IMG/VR virus record: IMGVR_UViG_3300032285_000709
Location: 1 to 64,000 of that record
Length of the DNA: 64,000 bases
Reading direction: 5' to 3' (one strand)
Source of the DNA: a virus
Under the pieces are notes generated by a model. That model had not been told where the DNA came from. It ran no database searches and worked only from the letters and a program-made list of their open reading frames with translations. Made by a program: the position numbers and the translations under genes. Within the stretch, counting starts at the first letter, position 1, and the number at the start of each line of letters is the position of its first letter. Of the stretch, positions 28,464-40,300 are shown in pieces.

Positions 28464-28579
28464 ATAAAGATGCTATAATAATTTATAGCGTTAAAACTTA
28501 GTCGACTCCTATGGCATTCATCCGACTTTAAATATTCTGCATGTCATCAAACTTGCTACTTTTATAAAGGAGACTAGAG

Positions 28580-29110
28580 ATGGCAAAATTCTACTCAACA
28601 AAAACTTACGGTAACGACCGCGGCCTATCATGCTGTTTTAGACAATGGCGTGCCACACACAGCCACTGCTCAACACTACATGGTTACTCAATTGGCATTA
28701 AACTTGTGTTTGAATGCGACACACTAGACGACAAAAACTGGTGTATGGACTTTGGTGGTCTTAAAGAATTCAAAGCATGGGCTGACTATATGTTTGATCA
28801 TACTTTGGTTATTGCCCACGATGATCCCCATCTAAACTTTTTCCAACAAATGGCTAATATGGGAAATGTTCCAAGTTCGGGAAATGGTGATCAAGGCTTT
28901 GATAAACTAGAACCATATCAACGTGGAGCATTATGCGATCTACGTATTGTACCAGGCGTAGGTTGTGAAATGTTTGCCAAAATGGCATACGACAAAATGG
29001 CCGAACTGCTGGCATCGGGCGATATGCGTTACCCAATCAATCCAACTGTTAGAATTAAAACAGTTGAAGTATTCGAACACGGAGCAAATTCAGCTACATA
29101 CGAAGGTTGA
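28580..29110 (+). CDS. queD: 6-carboxytetrahydropterin synthase (QueD/PTPS family)
   Basis: HCSTLHGY, DFGGLK, FDH, GCE, EVFEH. Confidence 0.85.
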   Translation: MAKFYSTKTYGNDRGLSCCFRQWRATHSHCSTLHGYSIGIKLVFECDTLDDKNWCMDFGGLKEFKAWADYMFDHTLVIAHDDPHLNFFQQMANMGNVPSSGNGDQGFDKLEPYQRGALCDLRIVPGVGCEMFAKMAYDKMAELLASGDMRYPINPTVRIKTVEVFEHGANSATYEG

Positions 29111-29135
29111 CTTTTTCCAAACAATCTGCTATAAT
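29107..29135 (+). promoter_or_regulatory. sigma70-type promoter (leaderless)
   Basis: TTGACT-17-TATAAT, 6 nt before ATG 29142. Confidence 0.7.
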
Positions 29136-29141
29136 ATTGTT

Positions 29142-29645
29142 ATGATAATATATTTAGATATGGATGATGTAGTAGCAGATTGGATGGGCTATGCTCGTGC
29201 AATCGTTAATCGTAACTGGAACTACGGAGAACGTATTCCAGACGAAGATTGGAACAAAGTTAAAGCCAAAGAACGTATGTATAGAGATCTACCTTTAAAA
29301 GAGGGTGCAAAAGATCTAGTGCAGTTTTGTCGCACCGCAGTTAGTACAGGCAAAGCAGATGGGTTATTTTTCTTAACAGCATTACCGCATTCAGATACGG
29401 TTCCCTGGGCCGCCTATGACAAGGTATATTGGGCAGAAAAATACTTTCCAGGTATTCCTGTGTTCTTTGGCCCTTACAGTTTTGACAAACACAAACATTG
29501 TAAATCAGGCGATATCTTAATTGATGACCGTACCAGCAACTGTGAAGAATGGCGTGCCGCAGGCGGCCACTCACACATTTATCGTAACTGGGAAGAATGT
29601 AAACCTTGGTTAGAAAGCATATTAAATGAACATTCTAAATTTTAG
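29142..29645 (+). CDS. HAD 5'(3')-deoxyribonucleotidase (NT5C-like)
   Basis: YLDMDDVVAD, LTA, K, ILIDDR; start corrected from 28965. Confidence 0.85.
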   Translation: MIIYLDMDDVVADWMGYARAIVNRNWNYGERIPDEDWNKVKAKERMYRDLPLKEGAKDLVQFCRTAVSTGKADGLFFLTALPHSDTVPWAAYDKVYWAEKYFPGIPVFFGPYSFDKHKHCKSGDILIDDRTSNCEEWRAAGGHSHIYRNWEECKPWLESILNEHSKF

Positions 29646-29913
29646 ATTTGAATTGGCTAACCCGCTCGATAGGTGGGAATACTTCAAACCATTAGGCCAT
29701 CTAAGTGGTAGTTTACCTTGGCATAAGGCTTGGGAATTAGAACATTCTTATATGAGTACCATGTTACTAGATACCGAAATGCATTGGACTCGAAATACTG
29801 ATCATGCTGGTCTAGGGTTCTCTATAGGTATTTTGGGCTATGGTGTTGCGTTTAGGATATACGATACTAGGCATTGGAATTACACACTAGATCGATGGGT
29901 GTCATATGAGTAG
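29626..29913 (+). CDS. hypothetical protein
   Basis: ORF with DHAG and YDTRHW. Confidence 0.5.
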   Translation: MNILNFRFELANPLDRWEYFKPLGHLSGSLPWHKAWELEHSYMSTMLLDTEMHWTRNTDHAGLGFSIGILGYGVAFRIYDTRHWNYTLDRWVSYE

Positions 29914-30070
29914 ATATCACTGGATCAAAACTATTGTTGAAGACGATAATGGAGAACTGATTCTAGACCTTAAAGAAGCCTGTGAAGAATTAGGGTGGAA
30001 AGAAGGTGATGTTATTGAATGGATCGACAATAAAGACGGTACATGGACCATTAAGAAAAAAGATGACTGA
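29906..30070 (+). CDS. AbrB/MazE-like small protein, 54 aa (not in the ORF track)
   Basis: GELILDL...LGWKEGDVIEW. Confidence 0.6.
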   Translation: MSRYHWIKTIVEDDNGELILDLKEACEELGWKEGDVIEWIDNKDGTWTIKKKDD

Positions 30071-30665
30071 AGTTATAGATGATGTATTTTCCGACAAGTT
30101 CTTTACTCAGTATCTGTTAGAAGGACTTATTTCCACTAAAGGGTGGCAAATATGTTCTGATAATTTTTATGAGTCATCTGTAGGTGATAGCGACTTTGAA
30201 TCTTCAAAATACAGCGATCCCGGAGTTATTTTAGAAACATTTAATCAAGAAAGACCGCCACAAGAAAGATTTGGTGATCATAGACTAAATGCCTACGGTG
30301 ATTTAATCTTTACCAAAATTTTACATCTTAGCCAATACCAGTACGAAGGAGTTGGAGTGCTTCGTTACTTTTGGAATTATTACAACAGAAGTTCTACAGG
30401 ACTATATCATTTGGATATGACTGATGCTGATCCACCTGGCAATTACTGTAGTATTGTATTTTACATTAACGAATCTGACGGTGGCACATATTTGGAAAAA
30501 GAGTTCTTTGAACATAAGGCAAATCGTGCTATAATATTTAATAGTAAAACCCCACATAGAGGAGTTGGCCCAACAAACGCAAAGCAACGTTGGAATTTAA
30601 ACATCATTTTTAAATATGATACTGTGTCAAAAAAGACCGGCACATCGAATAGAATCTTACTATGA
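30063..30665 (+). CDS. 2OG-Fe(II) oxygenase
   Basis: HLD, FYINESDGGT, PHRG, RWNLN. Confidence 0.75.
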   Translation: MTEVIDDVFSDKFFTQYLLEGLISTKGWQICSDNFYESSVGDSDFESSKYSDPGVILETFNQERPPQERFGDHRLNAYGDLIFTKILHLSQYQYEGVGVLRYFWNYYNRSSTGLYHLDMTDADPPGNYCSIVFYINESDGGTYLEKEFFEHKANRAIIFNSKTPHRGVGPTNAKQRWNLNIIFKYDTVSKKTGTSNRILL

Positions 30666-31690
30666 TTAAAAAAATTGGGTTCGCCTGCAAATGGATTGAC
30701 GGACCTAGCCAAATCGACGGTATCAAACAAACCGATACTGCTAAACAATTCAACACGGGCACAACTACAGTCGCGTGGTTAAATAGACAATCACGCGATG
30801 TGGCGGAGCAAAAGTTATGGGACCTAATGGTAGGCAATATCGAAGCAACAAGGAGGCTTGTTGAACGTGTCTCCACACTTGATCCTCACCTTAGGATGGT
30901 TAGGCTTTCTAGCGACATTCTTCCTGTTTATACTCACGAGTCTTTTGCTGATTATTGGCGCCAACCTGATGTTATATCATACGCCGAAACCCACTTTGCG
31001 CGAGTGGGCGATATTGCTCGGAATAGCGGTGTTCGACTTAGTATGCATCCTGGCCAGTTTACTGTCTTGGCAAGTGATAACCCAGGCATTGTCCAACGTT
31101 CGTTAGAGGAGTTTGAGTACCATGCAGATATGGCGAGATTTATGGGCTACGGCAAGACGTTTCAAGATTTCAAGATCAATGTGCATATCAGTGGACGACA
31201 GGGCCCTGAAGGTATTCGTCGTGCCTATAGCAAACTCTCGCCAGAAGCAAAGAATTGTATTACTATCGAAAACGAAGAAAACGCATGGGGATTAAATGAC
31301 TGTCTCACTCTTATTGATATTTTGCCTATCGTGCTTGACATACATCATCATTGGATTCGTGAGGGAGAGTACATACAGCCTGGAGACGACCGCGTCAAGC
31401 GAGTTGTGGACTCTTGGCGGGGTGTTCGCCCTACTATGCATTACAGCCTATCTCGTGAAGATGTACTTGTAGATCATTGCCCTTTAACTATCCCCAACCA
31501 CGCTATGTTGCTAGAACAAGGATACAAAAAGCAAAAGCTCAGAGCACATTCTAACTTCTACTGGAATAAACCAGCGAATGAATGGGCACTGAGCTTTTTA
31601 GGTACACACGATATTATGTGTGAGTCTAAGGCTAAAAACTTAGCCAGCTTTGCTTTGGCTGAGCAGGCTCGAGAGCTTACTTTGCTTTAG
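30662..31690 (+). CDS. uvsE: UV damage endonuclease
   Basis: GFAC, RLSSD, SMHPGQF, IENEE, LDIHHH, AHS, MCESKAK. Confidence 0.92.
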   Translation: MIKKIGFACKWIDGPSQIDGIKQTDTAKQFNTGTTTVAWLNRQSRDVAEQKLWDLMVGNIEATRRLVERVSTLDPHLRMVRLSSDILPVYTHESFADYWRQPDVISYAETHFARVGDIARNSGVRLSMHPGQFTVLASDNPGIVQRSLEEFEYHADMARFMGYGKTFQDFKINVHISGRQGPEGIRRAYSKLSPEAKNCITIENEENAWGLNDCLTLIDILPIVLDIHHHWIREGEYIQPGDDRVKRVVDSWRGVRPTMHYSLSREDVLVDHCPLTIPNHAMLLEQGYKKQKLRAHSNFYWNKPANEWALSFLGTHDIMCESKAKNLASFALAEQARELTLL

Positions 31691-31943
31691 GCTTTTTAGC
31701 GGCTGTGGTTTTCTTTGCCGCTGGCTTTTTAGCTGTTGCTGTTGTCTTGCGTGGAGCACGTGGCTTCTTGGCAGGCTTTTCTTCAGCTACAACTGGTGCA
31801 GTAACTTCAGCAACAGGTGCCGGTGTTTCTACTTTGTACGGTACGGCTTCAGCCTGTTCAGCTTCAACTAAATCTTTTGGTTTACGGCTGTAATATACAA
31901 CTGCACCAAGAACGACCGCGATAAGAACTAAAATAATTTCCAT
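31677..31943 (-). CDS. membrane-anchored Lys/Ala-rich (histone H1-like tail) protein
   Basis: N-terminal TM helix, AKKP repeats, GGAAGG RBS. Confidence 0.6.
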   Translation of the reverse strand: MEIILVLIAVVLGAVVYYSRKPKDLVEAEQAEAVPYKVETPAPVAEVTAPVVAEEKPAKKPRAPRKTTATAKKPAAKKTTAAKKPKAK

Positions 31944-31997
31944 GGTATTATACCTTCCTTTTAAAAGTACAGCTATTTAATATCTCATAAATACCAG

Positions 31998-32127
31998 GGA
32001 GCTAGAAAAAGAGTCAAGCGCCGATTTGCCGTTTAGCCACGCTGGCTGTGCTAGAAAAAGAAATAGGGAAAATTCATAGCTTGCGGATCCTCGGATGCCC
32101 TATTGACCGCTTGACAGGATATTTACC
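31998..32127 (+). promoter_or_regulatory. structured 5' leader of the SOD gene
   Basis: TAAATA 31988-31993; GTCAAGCG/CGCTTGAC and AATAGGG/CCCTATT stems; GCTAGAAAAAGA occurs twice. Confidence 0.45.
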
Positions 32128-32685
32128 ATGTATAATTTTATCAAAACTATTGCTGAAGGACGTACTCCAAAGGAATTAACCCAGATTTCTTTACCGTATG
32201 CTCACGATGCGTTAGGTCGCAGTTTAAGTAAACAGGCTATCAGTTATCACTACGGAAAACTGTATAAGGCCTATGTTGATCGCTTTAATGCAGGTGAGGG
32301 CGATTCTAACTTCAACGAAGCTGGAGCATACTTACACAGCATATATTTTAGCCAATTTCGTCCACCTAAAGGTAGTAATAAACCAGACGGATCTATCTTG
32401 GTGTTTATAGAAAAGTATCATAAGACATGGGATACCTTTCAAGAAGCTTTTGAAAAGACTGCTATGGGCATACAAGGTAGCGGATGGGTCTATCTAGCGA
32501 AAGATGGCAAAATTAAAACAATCGTTAATCACGAAATCAAGGACGATATTGTATTGTTAATTGATTGGTGGGAACATGCCTGGGCACTTGACTATCAAGC
32601 CGATAAACAAAAATATTTGTCCAATCAATGGAAGATTATAGACTGGTCAACTATTAACAATAGAATATTTGATTTTAAACTTTAA
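32128..32685 (+). CDS. Fe/Mn superoxide dismutase, compact form
   Basis: LPY, HYGK, LHSIYF, GSGWVYL, DWWEHA. Confidence 0.85.
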   Translation: MYNFIKTIAEGRTPKELTQISLPYAHDALGRSLSKQAISYHYGKLYKAYVDRFNAGEGDSNFNEAGAYLHSIYFSQFRPPKGSNKPDGSILVFIEKYHKTWDTFQEAFEKTAMGIQGSGWVYLAKDGKIKTIVNHEIKDDIVLLIDWWEHAWALDYQADKQKYLSNQWKIIDWSTINNRIFDFKL

Positions 32686-32703
32686 AGAAGCTATAATAGT
32701 TAA

Positions 32704-33441
32704 ATGCTAAAAATAAAAAATCTTAATATAAAATCAGCAGAACAAGAACTAATCAAAGATGTCAATCTAGAAGTCAAACCCGGAGAAGTACACGCTATCA
32801 TAGGGCCAAGCGGCAGTGGCAAGAGTGCGCTAATGATGGGATTATGCGGATTGCCATTTGTAGATGTAGCATCAGGATCTATCACATATAAGTCAAAAAG
32901 CCTGTTAAAACAAACAGTCAGCGAAAGAAGCCTAAACGGTATCGCTTCAATATTTCAACATCCTGTAGAAATTCCTAACACAACCAATTGGGAACTGTTT
33001 TGTAATATACTTAAACACAGACAAGATCCTAGATCTCCTGCAGACTTAAAACCACTGTATGACGAAACAGCAGAGAATCTAGGGCTAAGTATTGCTCACG
33101 GATTTAAAGCAGTTGATAGTGACAGCATGACACACGCCGAAGCTATGCTCAACGAACTCTTAATATCTTTTTTACTTGATCCAAACTTATTGTTAGTAGA
33201 CGACATAGACGAGAAATTAGAAGTTAACGACAAAACAAAAGTCGCATTAAATATAAAGAACTTCATTCACACCAAGCGAAGAGCGGGTATTATCTTTAGC
33301 AAAGATAAAAACGTGTTAAAGGACATAGAACCCACACACGTACATGTCATTGCAAATGGTCAGATAGTTCTCAGCGGTGGAATTGAAATACTAACAAGGA
33401 TTGAAGAAGATGGGTATTCAGAGCTTCCTACAAGCAAATAA
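32704..33441 (+). CDS. SufC-like ABC ATPase with degenerate signature
   Basis: GEVHAIIGPSGSGKS, FQHPVEIP, PTHVHVIANGQIV. Confidence 0.75.
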   Translation: MLKIKNLNIKSAEQELIKDVNLEVKPGEVHAIIGPSGSGKSALMMGLCGLPFVDVASGSITYKSKSLLKQTVSERSLNGIASIFQHPVEIPNTTNWELFCNILKHRQDPRSPADLKPLYDETAENLGLSIAHGFKAVDSDSMTHAEAMLNELLISFLLDPNLLLVDDIDEKLEVNDKTKVALNIKNFIHTKRRAGIIFSKDKNVLKDIEPTHVHVIANGQIVLSGGIEILTRIEEDGYSELPTSK

Positions 33442-34237
33442 AGGCGATCCTGATTGGCTTTATAGCCCAGAAGAATATTTTGGCAAGCAGTTTAAACTCA
33501 GTGAACCAAACATGGTTGAACTGAAGGAGGGCCGAAAAGATAGTGTAGTATTACGTCACAATCCTACAGAAAAGGGCTTAATAGCCAAACATCTTAAAAT
33601 AGATCTTAGAGATAACAGCCAACTCGATCTTACGATTTTAAACGAAACTACTCCAAAATTACAGCAAGTATGCTTATACGATATTCATATTAGAGAAGGT
33701 GCTACACTGAATCTAGGGGTATTTGTTAAGGGTGGCAAACTCAATAAACATATATTTCAAATAGAAATCGACGATGGTGCCAGTTTAAGCAATTACGGTT
33801 ATATGAATAACAATGATTCGGGCGACACTGAAGTTGTTTTTAAAATATATCAAAAGGGCGCAGAATCATTATGTACACAGTTAATTGCCGGAGAGGCAGG
33901 GCCTAATAGTCAGACCGTGTATCAAGGCATGGTACATATCGACGAAGGGGCTGAGATGGCCGAAACTGGCATAGAAAACGTTAATATCATTACAGGTTCT
34001 AACGGAAAATGCTACAGCAAGCCAGAAATCGATAGCCATAACGAAACTACAAGAATGCGCTACGGTAGCCAAACTGCGTTCATAGATGATTCTATGTTGT
34101 TATACCTTAACAGCAAAGGGCTAACAGATGGTGTGGCGAGAAACCTTATTCTAGAGGGTTTTAAGAACACCGTATTCAATTTAATTCCCCAAGAAGATTT
34201 ACAGCAAGAAGTGAGACAAATGTTTGATTTAGATTAG
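33410..34237 (+). CDS. SufD/SufB-like Fe-S assembly protein
   Basis: Beta-helix-like region; SKPEI, LYLNSKGL, ARNLILEGF; follows the SufC-like gene. Confidence 0.7.
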   Translation: MGIQSFLQANKGDPDWLYSPEEYFGKQFKLSEPNMVELKEGRKDSVVLRHNPTEKGLIAKHLKIDLRDNSQLDLTILNETTPKLQQVCLYDIHIREGATLNLGVFVKGGKLNKHIFQIEIDDGASLSNYGYMNNNDSGDTEVVFKIYQKGAESLCTQLIAGEAGPNSQTVYQGMVHIDEGAEMAETGIENVNIITGSNGKCYSKPEIDSHNETTRMRYGSQTAFIDDSMLLYLNSKGLTDGVARNLILEGFKNTVFNLIPQEDLQQEVRQMFDLD

Positions 34238-34333
34238 CCAACTGGCTGTTTATTGGTAAATACCCGTATAATACTATAAACCTGGAGTATGGAGTAAAAT
34301 TACTCCAATAAATATAGGAACGTAGGGAAAAAC

Positions 34334-37300
34334 ATGCCATCAATTTCAACAGCCAGTCTAATTCAATCAATTAACTTAGGTGCCCAATCTAACGACGGAA
34401 CGGGTGACGCAATACGTGATGCGTTTAATAAAGTCAATCAAAACTTTTCAACAATCGCAGGAGTTTTAGGTGTAGGTTCTGGATTATATTTTACCAAACT
34501 TATCGATACACCACACGTTTTATCACCAAATAAATTAATTGTAACTAACCCAACAGGGTTAACTCTCACCCAAGTTAGTTTAGTTGGTCGCAATGGTATA
34601 CAACTAACACTAGATCAAACAGCTAAAACGCTGACTGTTGACTCAACTATTACCAACTTAGTTAGAGACCCAAATCCAATATTAGCAAATAACCTAAGCG
34701 GAAACTATGTTTATAGAGGTGTAAATTTCGTTGACCCAGTCGACGACCAAGACGTTGCAACAAAGAAGTGGATCTACGATAACTTCCTAAATCGTGACGG
34801 TAACTATGAATATATTTCCAACACCAATCCAATCACACATGCAAATGTAACTGCAACGATTGTTGAAGGTAGTACTATACGCCACAACATACAATTAACA
34901 CCTAGCGGAGCGAATACCAGCACAAACACAGGCAAGACTATCACTGTGTTTACTGCGTCTGGAACTACTTCAACCGTAGACATTAGTCGAGGACAGTGGT
35001 TACCCAGCCATGTAACACGTAAAGATTATGTTGATACTAAAATTAGTTTACAAGGTACCAGCACAATTGATCCGTTCACTGGACAGATAAACACCGGCTT
35101 TGGTAAGATGACCGGCGGATTAGAATTATTCCGCAGTCCAGCAGAAAGCGACAGTCCATTAATTGCCGCAACAAAAGCATACGTTGACGAGAATAGTCCA
35201 ATTAGTAAAATTAACTTTTATGTTAGTTTAGCTGGCAACGATGCACGTTATGATGTGCCATCATACAAGCGTGGTAGATCTTTAGCCTATGCGTTTAAAT
35301 CTATCGGTAAGGCCGCGGCGGCCGCCATTGAATCTGAAGCAGTTAGTGAAATTAAATTAGGTCCATATCAGCGTTTCATTACTACTGATAACTATCAAAC
35401 CAACGTACAAATTTCTAGTACGTCTACCAGTTTGATTCCTAATGCAATCAAACTTAATGTTACTTACAACGGTGGTCTAGGAACTGATCCGTTCAAAGAG
35501 CGAAGTATCCGCCCTGGTATGTTCTTACAAGGTGCCGATAGTAATGCAATGGCTAATATATTAAACATCAGCTTAGCCAGCAATAGTAACGTAGAAGAAT
35601 ACTACGAAGTACAATACGTCGATTACGCACAAACATTTACCAGCGCAATTACCGCAGACAAACTCAGCGGCGATGTTACTTTTACCTTGTTTAACTATAA
35701 CATAGTTCCTATCCCAGATTTCTGGATCGGATACATATTCCAACTTGAGCAAAGTGTCGGCGGGCAATCTGGTAAGATTATTAAAGTAGGCACTACTTAT
35801 GACCCTAACGGAAATGTATACGATACATTCACTGTTAGAATGGACAGCGACCTAACTAACCTTAACGCTATTTCTGGAACCAATTGGCACGTTTATTCTG
35901 GTTACTTTATTCAAGGCGAAAACTTACGATATGGTCAAAAGTATAACAAGTTAGAAATCAGCTTGATTGTTGAGTCGGGTGAATACAATGAGCAGTTCCC
36001 GATTCGTATGGCAGACAACGTGTCATTGCGTGGTGATGAATTCCGCCGTACTATTTTCAAACCAGCCTACGTAAACGGTACTGCTCGTGCAAGTATCAGT
36101 ACATCACCTTGGGTTAATATTTGGTTCCGTAGAGATACACAAGTCGACGGCTTAATCACATGTGCAATTAGTACAGCAACAGACTACGCATCTACACTAA
36201 CTCAAGTATCTGTGATTCCATCTAGCGTAACTAACGATGCTACTACCGGTGTAACTACATTTACTCTTAGCACCAGTAGCTCAGTTACTACACCAAAAAA
36301 CTGGACTAACAAAGTATTTGCAAAATACAATCCAGATGGTAAGACTTACGCCGCTGTCGGAACTATTACCGCAGTCAACCAAAATACATTCTTTGTTAAC
36401 TTAGCCGAGAACTATGACAACCAACGATCAATTGGTAGTACTGCTACCATTGCCAGCGGTGCGTGGCATGTGTTTGATCCTATTAACTTCGGTTATCATT
36501 ATCTACGTGATCCTTCAAAACCAGCAAACTATATTGCAGGTCCAAACTCAGGCGGACACGTACATGCCTATAACATTATTCAAGGCAATATAGAATTCTT
36601 AAAATCTGAAATATTCGGTTATGTAAATCAAAAATATTCCGGACAGTTTGTACTTGATCCTGTTAAGTGTAAACGAGATATTGGAATCTTACTAAATGCG
36701 ATCGCATACGATCTTAAGTTTGGTGATATTAATCAATCGATTAACGCCGCAGATTCTTTTGTCAGCGACCCTAGTATTCTTTCAACAAGCTATGGAGCCA
36801 AGCTACCATTAACAGTGGACATGGTTGGATATATCAATACTATTTTACAAAGAGTGTTGATCAACGTTGCACCAACAACAAAATACTCGGTTGCTGTGCA
36901 AACTACATTTAGTTACAGCGCAGAAAGTGTAGCACTCTTTACCATAGCTGATTTAACAGCGGCAATGCAGGCAATCATTAATAAAGATCCTAGCTTTAAT
37001 CCTGCCAAGTATAATGACCAGTTAGACGTGTTCTTGATGAACGATGCGACCATCTTACGCTATTGCGGTGGTCAAGGTCACGGCGGTTTCATGAAAGTTC
37101 TTGACCCAGAAGGTCAAATTAAATCTAAGTCACCGTATACACAAACATGTTCTAGCTTCTCTAGATCAGTAGGTCACCACACATTCTCTGGTGGTATGTT
37201 AGTTGACGGATTCTGCGGTAACTTGCCATTAACTGTAACAACTCCAGGTCAGGCCGCACAAGCTGATACTCAAGGTAACTTAATCTTTATTCCTGTATCT

Positions 37301-40300
37301 GGTCTAGTACGTAAGCCACAGTTCCCATGTTTCTTTATCGACAACGGTATTAGCTACGAAGTAGATTATATGAATTCATATAATTCGCTTGCAGGTACTG
37401 CGGTACTGGCGTTGAACTCAAACAACCCCGGTGGTTTCCAAAGCGTATCTATACAGAATGCGGCCGCTGAATTCCAAGCCAGCAGAACTCAATCTAACCC
37501 AATCTATTGTACCTTTATTAACCCAGGTATTGCTGGAGCTATCAGTGCAAAAGGGTTTGTTACAACTGATGCAAACGGTGTAATAAACGGCTTCAACGTA
37601 ACATTCCCAGGTAAAGGTTATGTTGGACAGCCAACTATCATTGTTGGTCAAGCTACGTTCAACTTTAGCATAGTCGGCGGTGTTATTAAATCAATGACCG
37701 TTAACAACGGCGGTAGTGGTTACACAACTGGCACAAAACTTACTATTTCATCACCAGGTGGTGGCGGTACACAAGCAACTGCAACTATTACAGGTGTTGA
37801 CGGTAATGGTGCTATTACCAGTGTTAATTTGTCATATGGCGGTACTGGTTATAGTCTCAGTGTTACCCCAACTGTTACCTTTGGTCTACAATCATTTAGT
37901 GCTGTACTAAAAAATGGCTTTGTTGGTCCTCTGCCATTTAACATTGAACTTAATACTGCTGGTAACCGTTCTATGTTGGCTAACGACTATACACAGATTA
38001 ACGACTTAGGTTATGGTGTATTTGCAACTAACGGTGGTTTGATAGAAAACGTTAGTATGTTCACATACTATAACTGGACTTCTTACTATGCTCTTAACGG
38101 CGCACAAGTTCGTAGTATTACTGGGTCAAGCTGTTACGGTTTCTACGGTCTAGTATCTGAAGGTTCAAATCCTTTAGAAATTCCTACACCAGTTACATTG
38201 CCTGATCAGCTAACACAAGTAGCAACAGTTTACAATCAAGCACCATATCAAAACGTTGCAGGTGGTGCGCAATTCTATGTGACTATCGATTCTACATACG
38301 GATATGCACCGTTCGCCGGAAGCGAAGTTGAAGTTAACCATTATGGTATTAGAAAGATCTATAACATACAAAATGCATCACAGGTAGTTAATAATGTGTA
38401 TGTTCTTAGTATCGACACTACCGCTATTGGCGGCATTTACGCGGCAATCCCAGATGGCACACCAGTAACTATTCGATTACAAACACAATTTAGATTGTAT
38501 GGTCTTAACGCATCTGCGGTTACACGCCCAAGTACAGTATTAACACTTAACGAAGAATCAACATATATCTATCGTATTTTGAATTATGTTAATCTAGGCA
38601 GTGACTATGTATTAGCAGAATCAGAGGAAGCATACGACTATATTAGCATTACTCCGTATACAATAAACAGTAACTTCCGTCAAGGTATTGGACGACCTAG
38701 TTTTATATCAACAGGTTCTGGCTACACAACTACCGCAAATTGGACTGCCACTGTTGTAACACCTACAACCAAGTCGGCAGTAGTTCTAGGAAACCAAGGT
38801 ACTGCTCAAGTAGGTGTAACTCAACTTAGTATTGCGTCTGCCAGTGGTCCAATCCATCCTGGAATGACTATTACTGGTAACGGTGTATTGTCTGGACAAC
38901 AGGTACTATGGGTAAGTGCAGATACTTCAGTTATTCAAACAACATTGGCACAACAATGGACAGCAAGTACTACACTAAGCTTCATCGGTAGTACTGCAAC
39001 TGCTTACGCAGTATCCGATCAAGCATCTGGTTACATTACAAATCTAGTAATTACTGATCCAGGTGTAGGATACGACTCTGCTCCAGCTGTAACTATTTGG
39101 CCAAGTCCAGTCGGTGTATCGGGTAACGCAAGTGTAACAGTTTCATTGTCTGGTATGGTTGGTTCAAATGTTATTAAGACTTCTAATATCAAATCTTCAG
39201 ATATTGCGAGAATTAACGCAGGCTTAACTGCGTCAACACCTTACTACTACCAATTCGGTTACGAAGGTCAGATGTATAAGATAACCAAATACGTTCCTGC
39301 AGGTACTCGTACGAAATATAACGATACCAGCGTAACAGGCGGTTCTTGGAATGAGATTGAAATTACTCCGATCCAATCTGGTGCTACTTCGATGACTAAG
39401 GAGCTTTGGTATTCTAGTACACAGCCATTGTATGCTGGTATAGAGAAAAACCAAGGTGGTGCTGTAACTATACAGATTTCAACAATGCGTGCCACAGGCC
39501 ACGATATGTTGAACGTAGGTACTGGTGGATATGCAAGTTCTAAATATCCAAACGATCTATACGGTCCTCCAACATATCTACCTGACGCAGGTAAGATCAC
39601 TAGAGAAGTTGGCAAAGGTCGTGTTTACTCAGTAACTACCGACCAAGACGGTAACTTCCGTGTTGGTAAGTACTTCTCCGTAGACCAAGGTCGTGGTACT
39701 GTAACAATCAATGCGCCAATCGCATTAAGCGGTATTAGCAAACTATCGTTTAAGAAGGGCGTCGAAGTTGACAACTTCTCAATCGACGAAACGATGGCAG
39801 GTAACAGTCCACGTACTGTTCCTACAGAATCTGCCATCGTAGGCTACGTTGGTCGTAGATTAGGTTTTGATACATCTGGTAATAAAACATCAGTGCTTGG
39901 CCCAGGTGCTATTGCAACCAACGGTGTGATACCAATGGCGGCTCCATTGAATATGGCCGGCAATAAAGTAACTAACGTAGGTACTCCGACAGGCGGAACT
40001 GATGCGGCAAACAAAGATTATGCCGACGACAAAATAAGCAAACGAGGAACTAACGAGTTATTTTACAAAGGTGGTCAAGGCGCAGGTGTAATGAGCGGTT
40101 CGTTGATATTAAACGGCGATCCTAAAGTTGTTACACATACATTATCATCCCAAGTTAACAGTGGCGATGGATTACTATACTTAGACAGCACCGCTGGTAT
40201 CGTGCCTGGTATGCAGGTTACTTACGACCCAGGAGTTGGATCATTTGGCTTTATCGGTGGGACAACTGTTACTAACGTTAGCACAACATCAAACGTAGTT

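Noticed and set aside
28500-28579. preQ1 riboswitch upstream of queD
   Set aside because: I could not find the preQ1-I stem-loop with its A-rich tail; kept only as an unexplained leader.
28965-29141. N-terminal extension of the nucleotidase ORF
   Set aside because: Overlaps queD and a promoter; the HAD motif starts right after ATG 29142.
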